Source: the human T2T-CHM13v2.0 reference genome, Homo sapiens. From it: DNA of 64,000 nucleotides. Position 1 is the stretch's first letter. Every line of letters starts with the position of its first letter. The stretch lies in assembly GCF_009914755.1 (NCBI RefSeq), contig NC_060926.1. One strand, given 5' to 3'. The notes below the pieces were generated by a model that ran no database searches, was not told the origin of the DNA, and was given only the letters and a program-made list of their open reading frames with translations. Below, one piece after another: positions 34,660 through 47,790 of the stretch. The position numbers were made by a program, and so were the translations under genes.

Positions 34660-35090
34660 GAGTCTCATCTGTCCCACTCTCTGCTTATTGTTCCCCTTAA
34701 CTTGAAATATTTTCTTTCATTCCTTATCCAAATCCTATGCTTTCTTTAAAGCTTAACTCTTATGCTACTAGCATGGAGTTTTCCCTGACCATTTAGTCTA
34801 TATATATATATTTTTTCATATATATACATATAAATATATACATAGTAAATATATATATGTATACACATATGTACATACACGAAAGGCTTTATTGAAAATG
34901 ACATCTCACAATCTGTTATGATAACTCAATTTAGTTTGCTGTAAGTAACACATGCAAAACTGTATACATCATCAATACAGGTATTTTTACTATCTTTTTC
35001 ATCTCTGTATTCCCAGTACCCAAAACAATCCTAGCATATAGAAGAGGCTTAAAAATGTTGTTTATTTATTTAAAATAAATAAGGAATGAA
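34660..35090 (+). mobile_element. L2 3' fragment with an internal TA-rich tract
   Basis: TCATCTCTGTATTCCCAGTACCC...CCTAGCATATAGAAGAGGCTTAAAAATGTTG, an L2 3' terminus pattern. Confidence 0.7.
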
Positions 35091-35744
35091 GGACTAAAAT
35101 TAATTAAAGAGATTATAGAGATGATTCCTATATTCACCTGTCTGTCTTATGTTGTACATTGGAGAAATGGTTGGTGGTGATATTTAACCCACATTGCTAT
35201 AAAAGAATAGCAACTATTTTCAGAATCCTTTTCTTATAGTGCCATTTTATTCTTTTGCTATTTGGAGATACCATGCTATGATGTCAGCTCTTTGCTTTGG
35301 AGCCTCTCATTACTAGGCTTAGATTTTATATTAGCAATTGCTTGAAATGTGCTTTATTGCTGCCTTTCAGGAAAAGCTTTGCTCCCATTTAATATGGCAT
35401 TCAAATTGATCATGTAATGCTATAATTCTAATTTTTCAGAATAAGAAATTACCTGCAACAGCATTTGTGTTATCATCAGATCCAGAATTATTTTGTACCC
35501 TGGGAAAGAGAACACTTTAGAAACAAGAACCACTTCCTTCTTGGAGTGATTCTTGAAAATAGACCTTTCCTTAAACAGCACATGCCACTTCTGGTTCAAC
35601 TCCATGAAATATGGGTTCTGACTCAATGGTGTTATATAAACCCAGACACATGTGCCTGTCATGCCACACATTATATATGAACATACTATATCATACATGA
35701 ACATAGAAAGCACAGAAAAAGTGCCGATGAACTGGCTGATTTTC

Positions 35745-36250
35745 AATCTGAAAATGTAAATCTGATCATATCACTCCCTTGCTTAAAACCTTCATGATCT
35801 GCCCCTACCCTTCCATCAAAAGCAAAACTCATTACCTGGCCTTTCAAGGCCCTACATGGCCCCCTCCAGAGCCTGTTTCTTGCTCACCTGTCCATGCTCA
35901 GCTCCTCCAAGTACCCTCTGCCTTGCTGAGTCTGCAACAGTCATGTTGGGCTTCTCTACACAGAACTTTGAAAATGCCTGAGAATTTCCACCTCAGGATC
36001 TCAGCCTTTACATTTTTTATTTATCGGCTTGTAATTCTCTTTGCAAGATTGTTTTTTTCTCCTCATTTACACCAAACTTTGCTCTTTGAAGAGGACTTTC
36101 TCTGCATCAATCTACATGGCATTTCTATGATTACTTCTAATACTGTTTTGGTTTTCCTTACTTTATAGAATTTATGTCTGATATTATCTTTGTTTGCTTT
36201 TTGATTACCTGTATTCCTCATTAAAATAGAAGTGCCATTCAGTTAGACAC
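35745..36250 (+). mobile_element. L2 fragment
   Basis: AAATCTGATCATATCACTCCCTTGCTTAAAACCTTCA...TGGCCTTTCAAGGCCCTACAT, an L2 hallmark. Confidence 0.8.
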
Positions 36251-36289
36251 CTTAACTTTAACAATCATATCCAGCTCTGCTCCAAGACT

Positions 36290-37012
36290 GAATCCAGTGA
36301 TATTTATGCATTAATCATTAAACTATTGTCTCTCAGCATGACATCTCCCTTCTACATTCTGCTTTCTGATCCTGGGAGCTAGCAAATCAGATGTCTGCTT
36401 TGCTGGGTGGATGTACATTAGAGGCTGCCAATAGAGAGAGAGTGAGAAGCCAGAGGTGTTGATGGCACCTAACACTCAGGTAGGCTCCTGGTTGGCTCCC
36501 CCTCTGCTTTCTTCCTATGGGAGGATCCCAGAAACACTTGTTCACTATGATATAGCAGCTTCTTCCCATAGCAGCAGTTGAACCTGCAGGGTTTATTTTA
36601 TTTTTGGCACTTGCAAAATTAGCATTACCACATCCCCTTAGAGACACCAGCAACCACTAGATAGCGAACCCTCCGGAATTCTAGTTTCCAGGACCACAGG
36701 AACCATCCTCCTGGCCAGAGACTCAAATGCCAGGCAGCTAACCACTCCTCTCAGGTGTCTGAAGCCAGTTCTAAGAAGTCCCTACTCCAAGCTCCCAAGT
36801 TTTAAAAAGTGCATCCTTTTTCCTTGTCCTTCATTCCTCCAGGACTGCAGGTGGTAGCTCCTCCAGTTGTTGCCATCTTCGTACCTTCATGTTCTTTTTT
36901 TGGAATTTTCAATTATCTGGTTAACTTTATGGCTAGTTAACAATTCTTTATATACAAAATTATTAAAATAATTGATGTAATTTCTGTCTCACAACTGGAC
37001 TCTGACTAATTT
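36290..37012 (+). mobile_element. LTR33-like ERVL solo LTR
   Basis: 3' terminus AACAATTCTTTATAT...TTTCTGTCTCACAACTGGACTCTGACTAAT; 5' boundary approximate. Confidence 0.7.
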
Positions 37013-38158
37013 ATATAGAGATATATAAAATTCCATGGATGTTTACATAAATTCCCTAGCTGGATTACTTGACATCTAGCTCTTCCTTAGAATGTTTTAT
37101 TATTTTTAAGGCATCTTCAGCTTTGATTAGTCAATGGTATTCTATTGTAAGTTAGTTTCCTTATAGGAGAGGAATGATACTGGTTTTTCAAATACTCTGT
37201 TGCCTTTAGAATTCCCAAATGTGACTACTGACTTAAGATCTATAAAGAGCAATATTCACGTTTTATACAGTGTCTTGTTCTGGAAAAATCACTATTACAG
37301 TAGCAATAGGCTGAATGTAGTTGACTAGCTGACCTCACTGAGAGGGCTAATATACTTTTGACATTGAAAATATGATGTTGGAGCGTATGATTCTGGGATT
37401 TAAATTGTTCCCTTGTAATTGGGTTGCTTTAATATCTAAATATTAAATTCCTGTCTTCAGAAAACATACCCAGACACCGAAACACATGCTTGCAAGGAGA
37501 GAACAAACAGACTGCTGTAGTCCAAGGAGATTTTCCACTAGTTCTATTTCAATTCCATTTTAATAGAAAACTCTCTAGAGAAAGAATTGCTAGAGAATTA
37601 CAAGATAGAAAGGGGGCTATCTGGCAACAGAGGGTGTGGAATAAAAACAGCATAGGGAAATACTTGAAGTCATGATGAAGAGAAGTAAATGGTGCCAGAA
37701 AAGAAAGTATCATTTTGACCCCCCAAAAAAATCATAAGAAAAAGGAAAAAGAGAGAAAGAAAATTATAAGAATGAACTTAGTTCTTTTTCAAATTTATTT
37801 AACAGAAATAAAAGGGAGAATTCTAGTGAAAGTACAACTCATATGTGTACACTTTAGTATTTTTTGGTAGTTCGGTTTGCTTTCTTTTTGCTAACTGATA
37901 TTAATTCTCTAAGTCTGTAAAGTACTTTCTTGTGCCTTTGGCTATTTTCCTAATTCAGAGTTATTTTAAGTGAGTGTACTGAGGTTTTGGAACAGTTATT
38001 TAAGGTAAAAGTTCAACCCAACTTTCTCTAGGGAAAACATGTTAGATAGATCAGTTGGTAATTCAGGAGGAAAAGATCCATTTTCTTGCTAATATTTTAG
38101 ATTTGATTCCCTATGTGGGTTTAAGAGTTTAGCAGAACAAACAAGTGTAGTTCAATGT

Positions 38159-38302
38159 TACTCAAAAAAGTACCTGTACCGTGATGATAAAGTACCTTTA
38201 CCATGATGATATAGTACCTTTACTATGATGATAAAGTACCATGATGATAAAGTACCATGATGATAAAGTACTCAAAAAAGTACCTTTACCATGATGATAA
38301 AG
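38159..38302. repeat. Composite minisatellite of 12/22/16-bp units
   Basis: TACTCAAAAAAG, 3x TACCTTTACCATGATGATAAAG-type, 2x TACCATGATGATAAAG, TACTCAAAAAAG, 1x 22-mer. Confidence 0.95.
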
Positions 38303-39981
38303 AAATTTAAAGGAGCTGGGGAAGGCTTTTTGAGAGATGAAAGGCTCATGGAAAAAAAATTGTATTATTCCATGAGCTTTTCAATATTGCTTTGTTTCTG
38401 ACTATTGTACTTTTTTAAAAAAATCAAAGAAAAATGAGTCAAATTCAATTTTTTTTTCAAAATAGAAAATAAGTATATCACCTCCTTGGATGCCCAGGGT
38501 ATGGCTGGATATCAAATTAATCATTCTCACAAAAATTTTAAAATAACCTATCCGCCATGGATATTTCATTTCTACATCTCTCATTTAGGACACTGATTTG
38601 TGTTTTTAAATGTTCTTAATGACAGTTTATTTAACTTTTCATAGCTAAACTAAATATATCCTTTTTAAAAGATGAAAATAACAAAATTTCTTCTAAGAAA
38701 GTCATCAGTGTTCAAATTCCAGAGTGTAATGTATCTACCCCATAGTATAATTATTTCACCAGAGGATTTAAGCCAGCAATCAAAGTTGTATTGTGTGTAG
38801 AGAAGGAATGGTAATGTAACTATTGGGGAAAAGTAGAAGTTGAGAAATTGCCCTCTGGACAAAATGTAAGTGGGGAAACTGCATGATTTATTGCCATGTA
38901 CGTGGTATTAGCATGTATGTGGTATAACAAATTCAACTTATGTTTCTACTAATAAGTAAACCAGCGAATGACAGTATCCAGAGAACAAGTCTCTAAGAAA
39001 ATGTACCTGATAGTTTGGTGGTTTCTAAATTAGCTTTTTAAATTTTAATGATGGTGTCATGGAAGGAGCATCGTATTTCATAGCTTTGGAAACACAATGC
39101 AACTTTAGAAACACCACAGGCTTTCTAAGAAATCCTTTGCTCTCTGTAAATAAGTATTTCAAAAGTATTGTTACGAAAGGATTTTTGAGATTTCTACTTC
39201 TTGGCAGAGTATATATTGCTGTATTTCCTCAAAGGGGTCATCTATTCCAAACACATTTAAATACAAACTATTGGATTTGAATTCAAATTTGTTTGATGTT
39301 TTTGTTGTGAAATACTCTCAACCTACTTTAAAGTTATTTTTTTCTTTCAGTTTAAAATATCACGTCTTTGGAAAAAAATGTTTTCTACCTTTTAAATCAA
39401 AACCTTGGATTGCATTACAGGAAAAACAAATCTTGTAACGGAGGAAAAGTAAGGTTGAATAGCAAATAAATTAGATTCAGACTTGAGATAACAGAAATAT
39501 CTGTAATCAGAAGATATGTTTTATTATTACAGATGGAGATAATGGTGAGAAAAGTGTGGGAGAATGCCTAAGGCTTATTTTAAGACAAATGTAACAATAT
39601 ATTACCTACATGGTTTATTTTCACATATGTGTTTTTAAGAAGTGCCTTTTCTGGAAAGCAAATTTATTGCAATCTTTCATATGGAAGATTAAAACTGACA
39701 AGCATTTATTGAGTATTTTCAATACACAATAACTATGGGTCATGTTGTATAGAGTGATAACCAAATTAAATACAGTATAATTCCTGTCTTTTAGGAGCTT
39801 ACAATCTCTTTTCAAAAAAATTATAAACTTGAGAAAAAATTTAGGTACATTTAGTATCAAATGTGCCAGATTTTCAAATTCAAGAAAGACAAATATCAGA
39901 AGAAACAATAAGCATATTTGCTCATCAGACTTTGAGGAATCAGGTCTGTGAAGTAGCTTAGAGGGAAATAATAGTATTTTA

Positions 39982-40407
39982 TTTATTTATTTTTTCTTCT
40001 TTTTTTATTATTATACTTTAAGTTCTAGGGTACATGTGCACAACGTGCAGGTTTGTTACATATGTATACATGTGCCATGTTGGTATGCTGTACCCATTAA
40101 CTCGTCATTTACATTAGATATATCTCCTAATGCTATCCCTCCCCCTTCCCCCCACACCACAACAGGCCCCGGTGTGTGATGTTCCCCGCCCTGTGTCCAA
40201 GTGTTCTCATTGTTCAATTCCTACCTATGAGTGGGAACATGCAGTGTTGAAAAAATGCTCATCATCACTGGCCATCAGATAAATGCAAATCAAAACCACA
40301 ATGAGATACCATCTCACACCAGTTAGAATGGCAATCATTAAAAAGTCAGGAAACAACAGGTGCTGGAGAGGATGTGGAGAAATAGGAATATTTTTACACT
40401 GTTGGTG
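39982..40407 (-). mobile_element. Short L1PA4/5-like insertion with 5' inversion
   Basis: Antisense 3'UTR at 39982-~40248; sense ORF2 C-terminal piece at ~40248-40410; exact 19-bp TSD GGGAAATAATAGTATTTTA at 39963-39981 and 40408-40426. Confidence 0.95.
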
Positions 40408-41226
40408 GGGAAATAATAGTATTTTAATAGAAAATTGGTTGGGATTAGTTAAACAATAAATGAAAGAAGAAAAAAAATCATTGAAATTTTTTGATTCTGG
40501 GTCAGAGTGTTTAAATTTGAAAATAATCTGAAGTCATGGTCTAATTAAAAAAAAATTCGTAACTTTTACAGACTGCATTTTCCTCATATTTTAAGTGAAA
40601 GTTAGATTAGACCATTTTAATACATTTCCTAGGGCTAGAATTTCAGTGGCCCAAAGTGGTATACAGGAAGCTCTTGTAAGTAATCAAATTGACACCCAGT
40701 ATAAGAATTTACTAATTATTGATAACCAAATACAATTGTTATATTCTTTAGGAGCAGGACATTTTAAAGAAGACTACAGCAACTGCATGGACTCTTCAAA
40801 ATGTTATTACAAGATTTCTGATAGAATGATAGAATACAGATAAAAAATGAATACATATATATTCACTGAACTTTACCATATAATATACAGGATTCCTATT
40901 TGCTAAATCAGACAACAATAACTGAGCTAGACTTTTCTTCATTTATTTCCCTGGACTATATAAAGGGCCTATGTTTGAAATCTTACCAGGCCTTGTGAAA
41001 TTATGTTCATAACTCTTAATTTTACCTTTAAAAAATTCCTAAAGTGAGAAATGATTTGAATGAAGTTATGGACAGCAAGACCATAGCAAAGAATTTTTGC
41101 TGAAAAGTGTGTAGAGGAGATAGAGGAGATGGTAGGGTCTATGCATCTATCATAATGATATTAGTTGCATGGCTCTTTCAGTTAGTACTGATGAAAATGC
41201 CAACATCCAGAACCATAGGATTTTTA

Positions 41227-41586
<360 letters not shown>

Positions 41587-41693
41587 AGAACCATAGGATT
41601 TTTATATGATTAACCCTGTATGCTTATTTATGTGTGTGGGTCTCCATTTAACGGTGGAGATCTCAATGTTGTGACTACAAAATGTGTTTGTGA

Positions 41694-42104
<411 letters not shown>

Positions 42105-42159
42105 TAGATCCTAGCCTCCTTAATTATTTAAGATATCTCTGAATATCATACCTAAAAAT

Positions 42160-43158
42160 TGAATTTTGTTGTATAGTTCTATGAATTTTAATGGATAGAT
42201 AGATTTATGCAACTATTAAATACAGACACAATCAGGAGACAGAGCAGTTTGATCAGCCCCCCCAAATGCCACCATTCTTGCTTTTATAGTCTCATTCTAA
42301 CCCCAACCACTCATTTATTCTCTCTCTTTCACTATGGTTTTGTCTGTTCATGAATGGAACTGTATGTATCTATGTATGCAACGTTTTGAGGCTAGCTTTT
42401 CTCACTCAGCATATTGTCTTTCAGAATCATCCCAGTTATTTTATGTATCAGTAGTATGTCCCTTTATATTACATGACTATGCTATAGTTTTTTTATCCAT
42501 TCACTAATTGAAACACATTTTTTTCTTTCCCACGTTTTGGTCATTATGAATACTTTATTCATATATATTTGCCACGTATATTTGTGAACAGGTTTTTCTG
42601 GGAAACCTACCTTTTTTTTTTCTCTTGGATAAGTACCCAGGAGTAGAATTGGTGGGTCATATAAGTGAATGTTTAATTTTCAAACTATTATCCAGAGTGT
42701 TATAGCATTTTGTTGTCTCACTAGCGAAGTATGAGTTCCAGTTGCTCCGCATCATTGTTTGCACTTGGTATTATCAGTATTTTTTCAGTCGTTCATTTTA
42801 ATAGGTGTGTTGTATCTCACTGTGGTTTTAATTTACATTTTCCTAATAACTCATAATTGTGAGCATCATTTCATGAGTTTATTTATCACTCACATGTCCT
42901 CTTTGCTAAAGCACCTGTTCAACTATCTTGCCCAGTTTTTAATTGGGTTGTTTCCTTTCCTACTGTTGAGTTTTAGTATTGTGGATAAAAGTCCTTTGGA
43001 GGATATGTGACTTGTAAATATTTTCTCCTAGTTTGTTGGATTATATTTTCATTCAATTAACAATGTCTTTCACAGCACAAAAGTTTTCCTTTTGATGGGG
43101 ATATTTTTCCATATCTTCTTTGGTGTATTAAGTTTTTGAAGTTATGTCTGGGAACTCG
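42160..43158 (-). mobile_element. L1MC/L1MD-type 3' fragment
   Basis: Antisense old L1 3'UTR/ORF2 end (GAGTTCCAGTTGCTCCGCATC, TATCTCACTGTGGTTTTAATTTACATTT). Confidence 0.8.
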
Positions 43159-43230
43159 GAGAGAGGAGCTGTTATGGGTTTGATTGTGTTGGGAACTCGG
43201 AGAGAGGAGCTGTTATGGGTTTGATTGTGT
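43149..43230. repeat. Perfect 41-bp tandem duplication
   Basis: TGGGAACTCGGAGAGAGGAGCTGTTATGGGTTTGATTGTGT at 43149-43189 and 43190-43230. Confidence 0.97.
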
Positions 43231-43671
43231 TCCACCAAAATTCTGTGTTGAATTCCCAAATCTCAATACCACAGAACGTGATATTATTTGGAAATAGGGT
43301 AATTGCATATGTAATTAGTCAGGATGAAGTCATAGTGGAGTAGGGTTGGCCCCTAATCCAATATGACTAGTGTCCTTATAAAGAGAGTAAATCTGGATAC
43401 AGACATACTCACAGGGAGAATGCCCTATGAAGATGAGGGCAGCAATTGGGATGATACAGCAGAAGCCAAGGAATGCCAAAGACTCAGATCAAGACCCCAG
43501 AAACTAAGAAAGCAGGATGGAAGACTCTCCTTCACAACCAAGAGAAGGAAGTAACCCTGACATCACCTTGATCTCAGATTTCTAGGCTCCTACAACTGTG
43601 AGATAATAAATTCCTGTTTACACAGCTCAGTTTATTGTACTTTATTATGGCAATCCTAGGAAATTAATACA
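43211..43671 (+). mobile_element. MLT1C-like MaLR solo LTR
   Basis: TGTTATGGG..TTGTGT start, TATTTGGAAATAGGGT, GCCAAGGAATGCCAAAGA, end CCTAGGAAATTAATACA. Confidence 0.88.
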
Positions 43672-43674
43672 GAA

Positions 43675-46600
43675 ATGCTGATGTCCCAACTATAATTGTA
43701 GAATTTTTTCAGTTCTAAAAGTTGTCTAATATGTTTTAAAAGTCTGTTGTTACATACATACTCATTTAGAGTTATTTCTTAGTAAATTAATATTTGTATC
43801 ATTATACAATGTCCCTTTTTATTCCCTTTAAATTACTTTGAAGTCTGCTTTTTTAGATATTAATATAACGAATCCAACGTCTTCCCTCGTCTCCTTCCTT
43901 CCTTCCTTCCTTCCTTCCTTCCTTCCTTTCTTCCTTCCTTCCTTCCTTCCCAGTGAATTAACATTTTTGGCAATAAAATTAACATACCATATAATTTACC
44001 TTTTAAAAGAGTATTTTTTAAAAGCTATATTTGCAAAGTTTTGCAACCATCATCTTTGTCTTGTTCTAGAAGACGTCACCACTGCAGAAAGTATGGCCCC
44101 TACCCACTGGCTTTTGACATGCCCTAATCTCCTACCTCCTGGCTTTTGACATGCTCTAATCTTCCTGTTTCTGGATATTTGCTTATTTTGAGAATTTCAT
44201 ATAAATGATATCACAGAATATGTGGTCTTTTGTTTCTGGCTTCTTTCTCGTAGCATAATGTTTTAAATATTCATCCATGTTATAGCAAGAATCAGTATTT
44301 CAATCACATAAGCAATAATATTTTATTATATTTATTTCATATTTCTTCTAATTTAATTTCTCCTTCATTTTTGAAGTATAGTTTTGCTAAATATAGAATT
44401 CTTTGTTCATAGTCTTTTTTTCATCTATTTGAATATGTGATCCCACTGCCTCTGACATTCACAGTTTGATAAAAAAATTAGTCCATAACCTTATTGATCA
44501 TCACTTGTAAGTGTTGACTCAGTTCTGTCTTGTTGCTTTAAAAATTCTCTCTTTGTTTTTGTCATTCAACAATCATTTCTTGCTTGCACAGAGCTTCAAA
44601 ATTAACCGAAGTTGAAGGTTTAGGACATTTTCAGGTTTGTATTGTCTATGCATATAGTCCTGGGGATGTTCTCCTATGTTCGCAGGTGATCTTCTAGATT
44701 CCCAGGAATATAATGGAGCTTCAAAACCTCTCTAGTCATCTCATTCTCCAGTTTTTCCTTTAAAACTTTTTTGGTTAGCCTATTGTTCACTCCAGTGATT
44801 AACCACTTCTTCAGGTAGCCATGTATTTCATGAATTGTGTCTAATTGCTTTCAATAAACGCCCTTGGAGACAAGACTGTTCATAGTGGGAGACCCTCAAT
44901 TCAGATCTAATAAAAACAGCTTCGCAAGTAGAGATTTCCAGGTTACCACTAGCGAAATCAAATAATAATTTTCTTTGGGAATAAAAGTGCTCTAGTTCTA
45001 TTCTGCTTCCTTTGGTAGTTGCCACAGTGTTGGTTTTCATTATGATTGAAGTTATTGGTTTTCAAGATAACTACCAAGCTGGACAGAGGTGGGAATAGGG
45101 TAAATTAAAATATCACCAAGCTTGCTGTTCATGCTGAGTTTTTGCATTTTTTTTCCTTGAAAAGAACATCCCCTCGATTGCTGCAAGTTTTTGGTTAATT
45201 TTCAGCATTCTGAAAAGTTAAATATTATACTTTGCCACTTTTCTCATTGCTTTTATGGAGAAAAAAATTAGAGGTCTTTATTTTGCTGTTTTCACTGATG
45301 TTCATCCTTTTATGTTTATCTCACCTGTATCATTATATTTAAATTAAGTTTTATGTATATATCATGTAATTAACCCATGTATTTTAATTCATTCTGACAA
45401 TCTACATCTTTTAGTTGATTTGCTTGGACCATTTAGACTTATTATTTTTAATGTGTTTACAATTAGCTCTTTCATTTTATTGTTTGTTTTCCATATATTC
45501 AAAATTTTTAACTTTTGTTTTTTAACAGATTTATTTTGATGTTTCCGTACATATATTTACTTGACTTTTTCCTGGTCAGGGTTTGATCAGCTTCTAGTAT
45601 CTGTAGGTTTAGATCTTTTACCAAATTTTAGACTATTTTAACTATTGTTTATTTCAATTTTTTTAATTGTCACATCTTGTTTTCTTTTCCTGTACTCTGA
45701 TGACATGAATATTAGACACTTCAAGGCTTTATTTTCCAAAGATTTTTATCAATTGTTCCCACTAGATAATTTCTATTTATCTATCACCAAGTCCACTAAC
45801 TTTCATCTGTAATCAATCTAATATTTACATCTTCTACTTATACATGTGTTTATTTATTTATTGCTGAGTTTTCCTATTTTTCCATTGACTTCAAGATATT
45901 TACAATTGTTTGTTAAAGTATTTTTATGGGAGCTTCATTAAAACTTTTGTGGGATAATTCTGCAATTTGTTTTATCTCAGAATTAGCATCTGTTGATTGT
46001 ATTTTTTCACATGAGTTGAGATTGTTCTGGTTCTCAACTTGCTAAGTGATTTTGATTACACCCTGACACTTACGTATTATCTTTCAAGTCTTTGAGCCTT
46101 GCTTAAATCCTGGGGAGAATCATGATTATTTGTAAAGGAAATTGACACAGTTGGTTTAAGGTTATAAGTTCCAACCTGCCTTCTGTGGGCTGTGGGTCCA
46201 ATGTCAATGTAGTTTTCAAATCTGTTTGGATTTGTCCCAAGTATCGGCCATCTGCTGGTCAGTCTGAGACTTGGGCTCTGGTCTAACTGTTAGTTGACTC
46301 TCACATATTTTGTTATGCTCACTGGAATAAAACTACTTGTGCACAGCTTGGAGCTCATCCCAGGAACTTATAAACAACTTTGTAGGATTGCTTTGCTTTC
46401 ATCACGGTCTTTCTGATACTGTCTATGTCTCAGATTCCTCTTTGGTCCTCTGACCTGTAATCTGGGGATTCAATGGCCCTTCCCTGCTGTGCTCTTTTGT
46501 GGCTATGCCCACATCTGAGCCCCACAGGAAGGAGAACAGACAGATAGAAATATTGAAAGCAACGGAGGCTTGCCCCACCTTTCTGGGATCACAGCCTCCT

Positions 46601-47090
46601 TCATCAGAGGGAAAGATTTACCTCCTTCTCAGCTGTGGCCCTACTGGGCCTCTGTTGCTATTAATATTGCTTTCATTACTGGATTGTTGTGGGGCTGGCA
46701 CACAATAGAATGATGATTTTAAAAAAAAGTAAGAAAGAAAACAAAAAGCAAAACAAAAAGTGGGGATATTATTACTGCTCTGAGTGTTAGGACTTCCCTC
46801 TCCTCCTTAAGCCAGAACTAGAATCCTTCTTCTGAAGGACCACAAGGTGTCCACAGCCTTGCGTCCACTTCTGACTTTTGGGTGTCATTGAGATCAAATT
46901 GGAGGATACCAGAGGAAAAATAAAATTATAAACTCACTGCCATCTCATTCATATTTCATGGTCCCCCCTTCTACATGGCACTATTTACTTTTTAGAGTCG
47001 TTGAATAGTCATCCCATAGATGCTGTACATATTTCATGGATGCATTTCATATGATAAACCACATGGCAAGTGCTTACGCCATCTTACCTA
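43675..47090 (-). mobile_element. Mosaic of old antisense L1M fragments (3'UTR, ORF1 and 5'UTR pieces)
   Basis: T-rich degenerate L1 phrases, ending in a 5'-end-like GCTTACGCCATCTTACC at ~47072-47088; internal boundaries unresolved. Confidence 0.6.
43892..43950. repeat. (CCTT)n microsatellite
   Basis: Read directly. Confidence 0.95.
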
Positions 47091-47159
47091 AAACAAGAAC
47101 TACAATAGATTCTTTTAAAAATGCGATTGTATCCCTGTATAATCCTTAAATATTTACTG

Positions 47160-47400
47160 AGAGGCAGCAGAGTGGTATTTACGTAGATTAGCTTCTGAGC
47201 CAGACTGCCTTAGTTCTATTGCTAACGCTACTACTTAGATGTAGGGTATGTACAGATTGTTTGAACACCTTCTGCCTGTCTTCTCACATTTTAAAGGGAA
47301 CAACAATAATGATAGTATCTTATTTTCAGTAGGTTACTTAGTTAATATATATAAGTTCTCCTCTTAGTGGTTGACACTCAGGGAATCTGTATAAACTTTG
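47160..47400 (+). mobile_element. MIR SINE
   Basis: GAGGCAGCAGAGTG..TCTGAGCCAGACTGCCTTAGTTC. Confidence 0.7.
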
Positions 47401-47599
47401 TTGTTCTCATAGTTTTAAATAAAAAAGTATTTTTTTTACCATCTTAACTGTATAATCTGAAAAATATCCACTATACAGAGTAGACATGTTAAAATATATC
47501 TGAGATCACTTTGTTCATTAAGACTTTGTAAAAATGCAGATGATCTCTTTCTAGTTTAGGTTACCACTTTCCCTTTTATCCTCACTACTTCCTTCAGTA

Positions 47600-47790
47600 C
47601 ATTATATAAGATCGTCCTGTGAAGATGCAGTGCGAATGACCCGGTCTCACCACCGTAGCAATTAAATCACATAATCAGAAAGCTAATTTCATAGCACTTT
47701 GAGAGGGTTATTAATCGTTGATGTACATATTTCAGAGAAAGTCAAACATTGGGCAGAGGGCAGATGCTGATAGTCATGCATCAGCCAGGA
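47600..47790. promoter_or_regulatory. Candidate conserved non-coding/enhancer element
   Basis: Non-repetitive; five CpGs within ~110 bp in an otherwise CpG-depleted window; clustered TAAT/ATTA motifs (CAATTAAATC, CATAATC, GCTAATTT, TTATTAATCG). Function is inferred. Confidence 0.35.

Noticed and set aside
38159-38302. CRISPR-like array or snoRNA box C cluster (repeated RTGATGA)
   Set aside because: Units are directly adjacent with no unique spacers, there are no cas genes and the context is primate. No matching CTGA box D or terminal stem lies in the array. Slippage explains it fully.
45625-45647. Distant donor for the 28-nt insert at 5932-5959 (TTTTAGACTATTTTAACTATT)
   Set aside because: A short, gapped, AT-rich match 40 kb away is expected by chance; the local fold-back explains the informative part.
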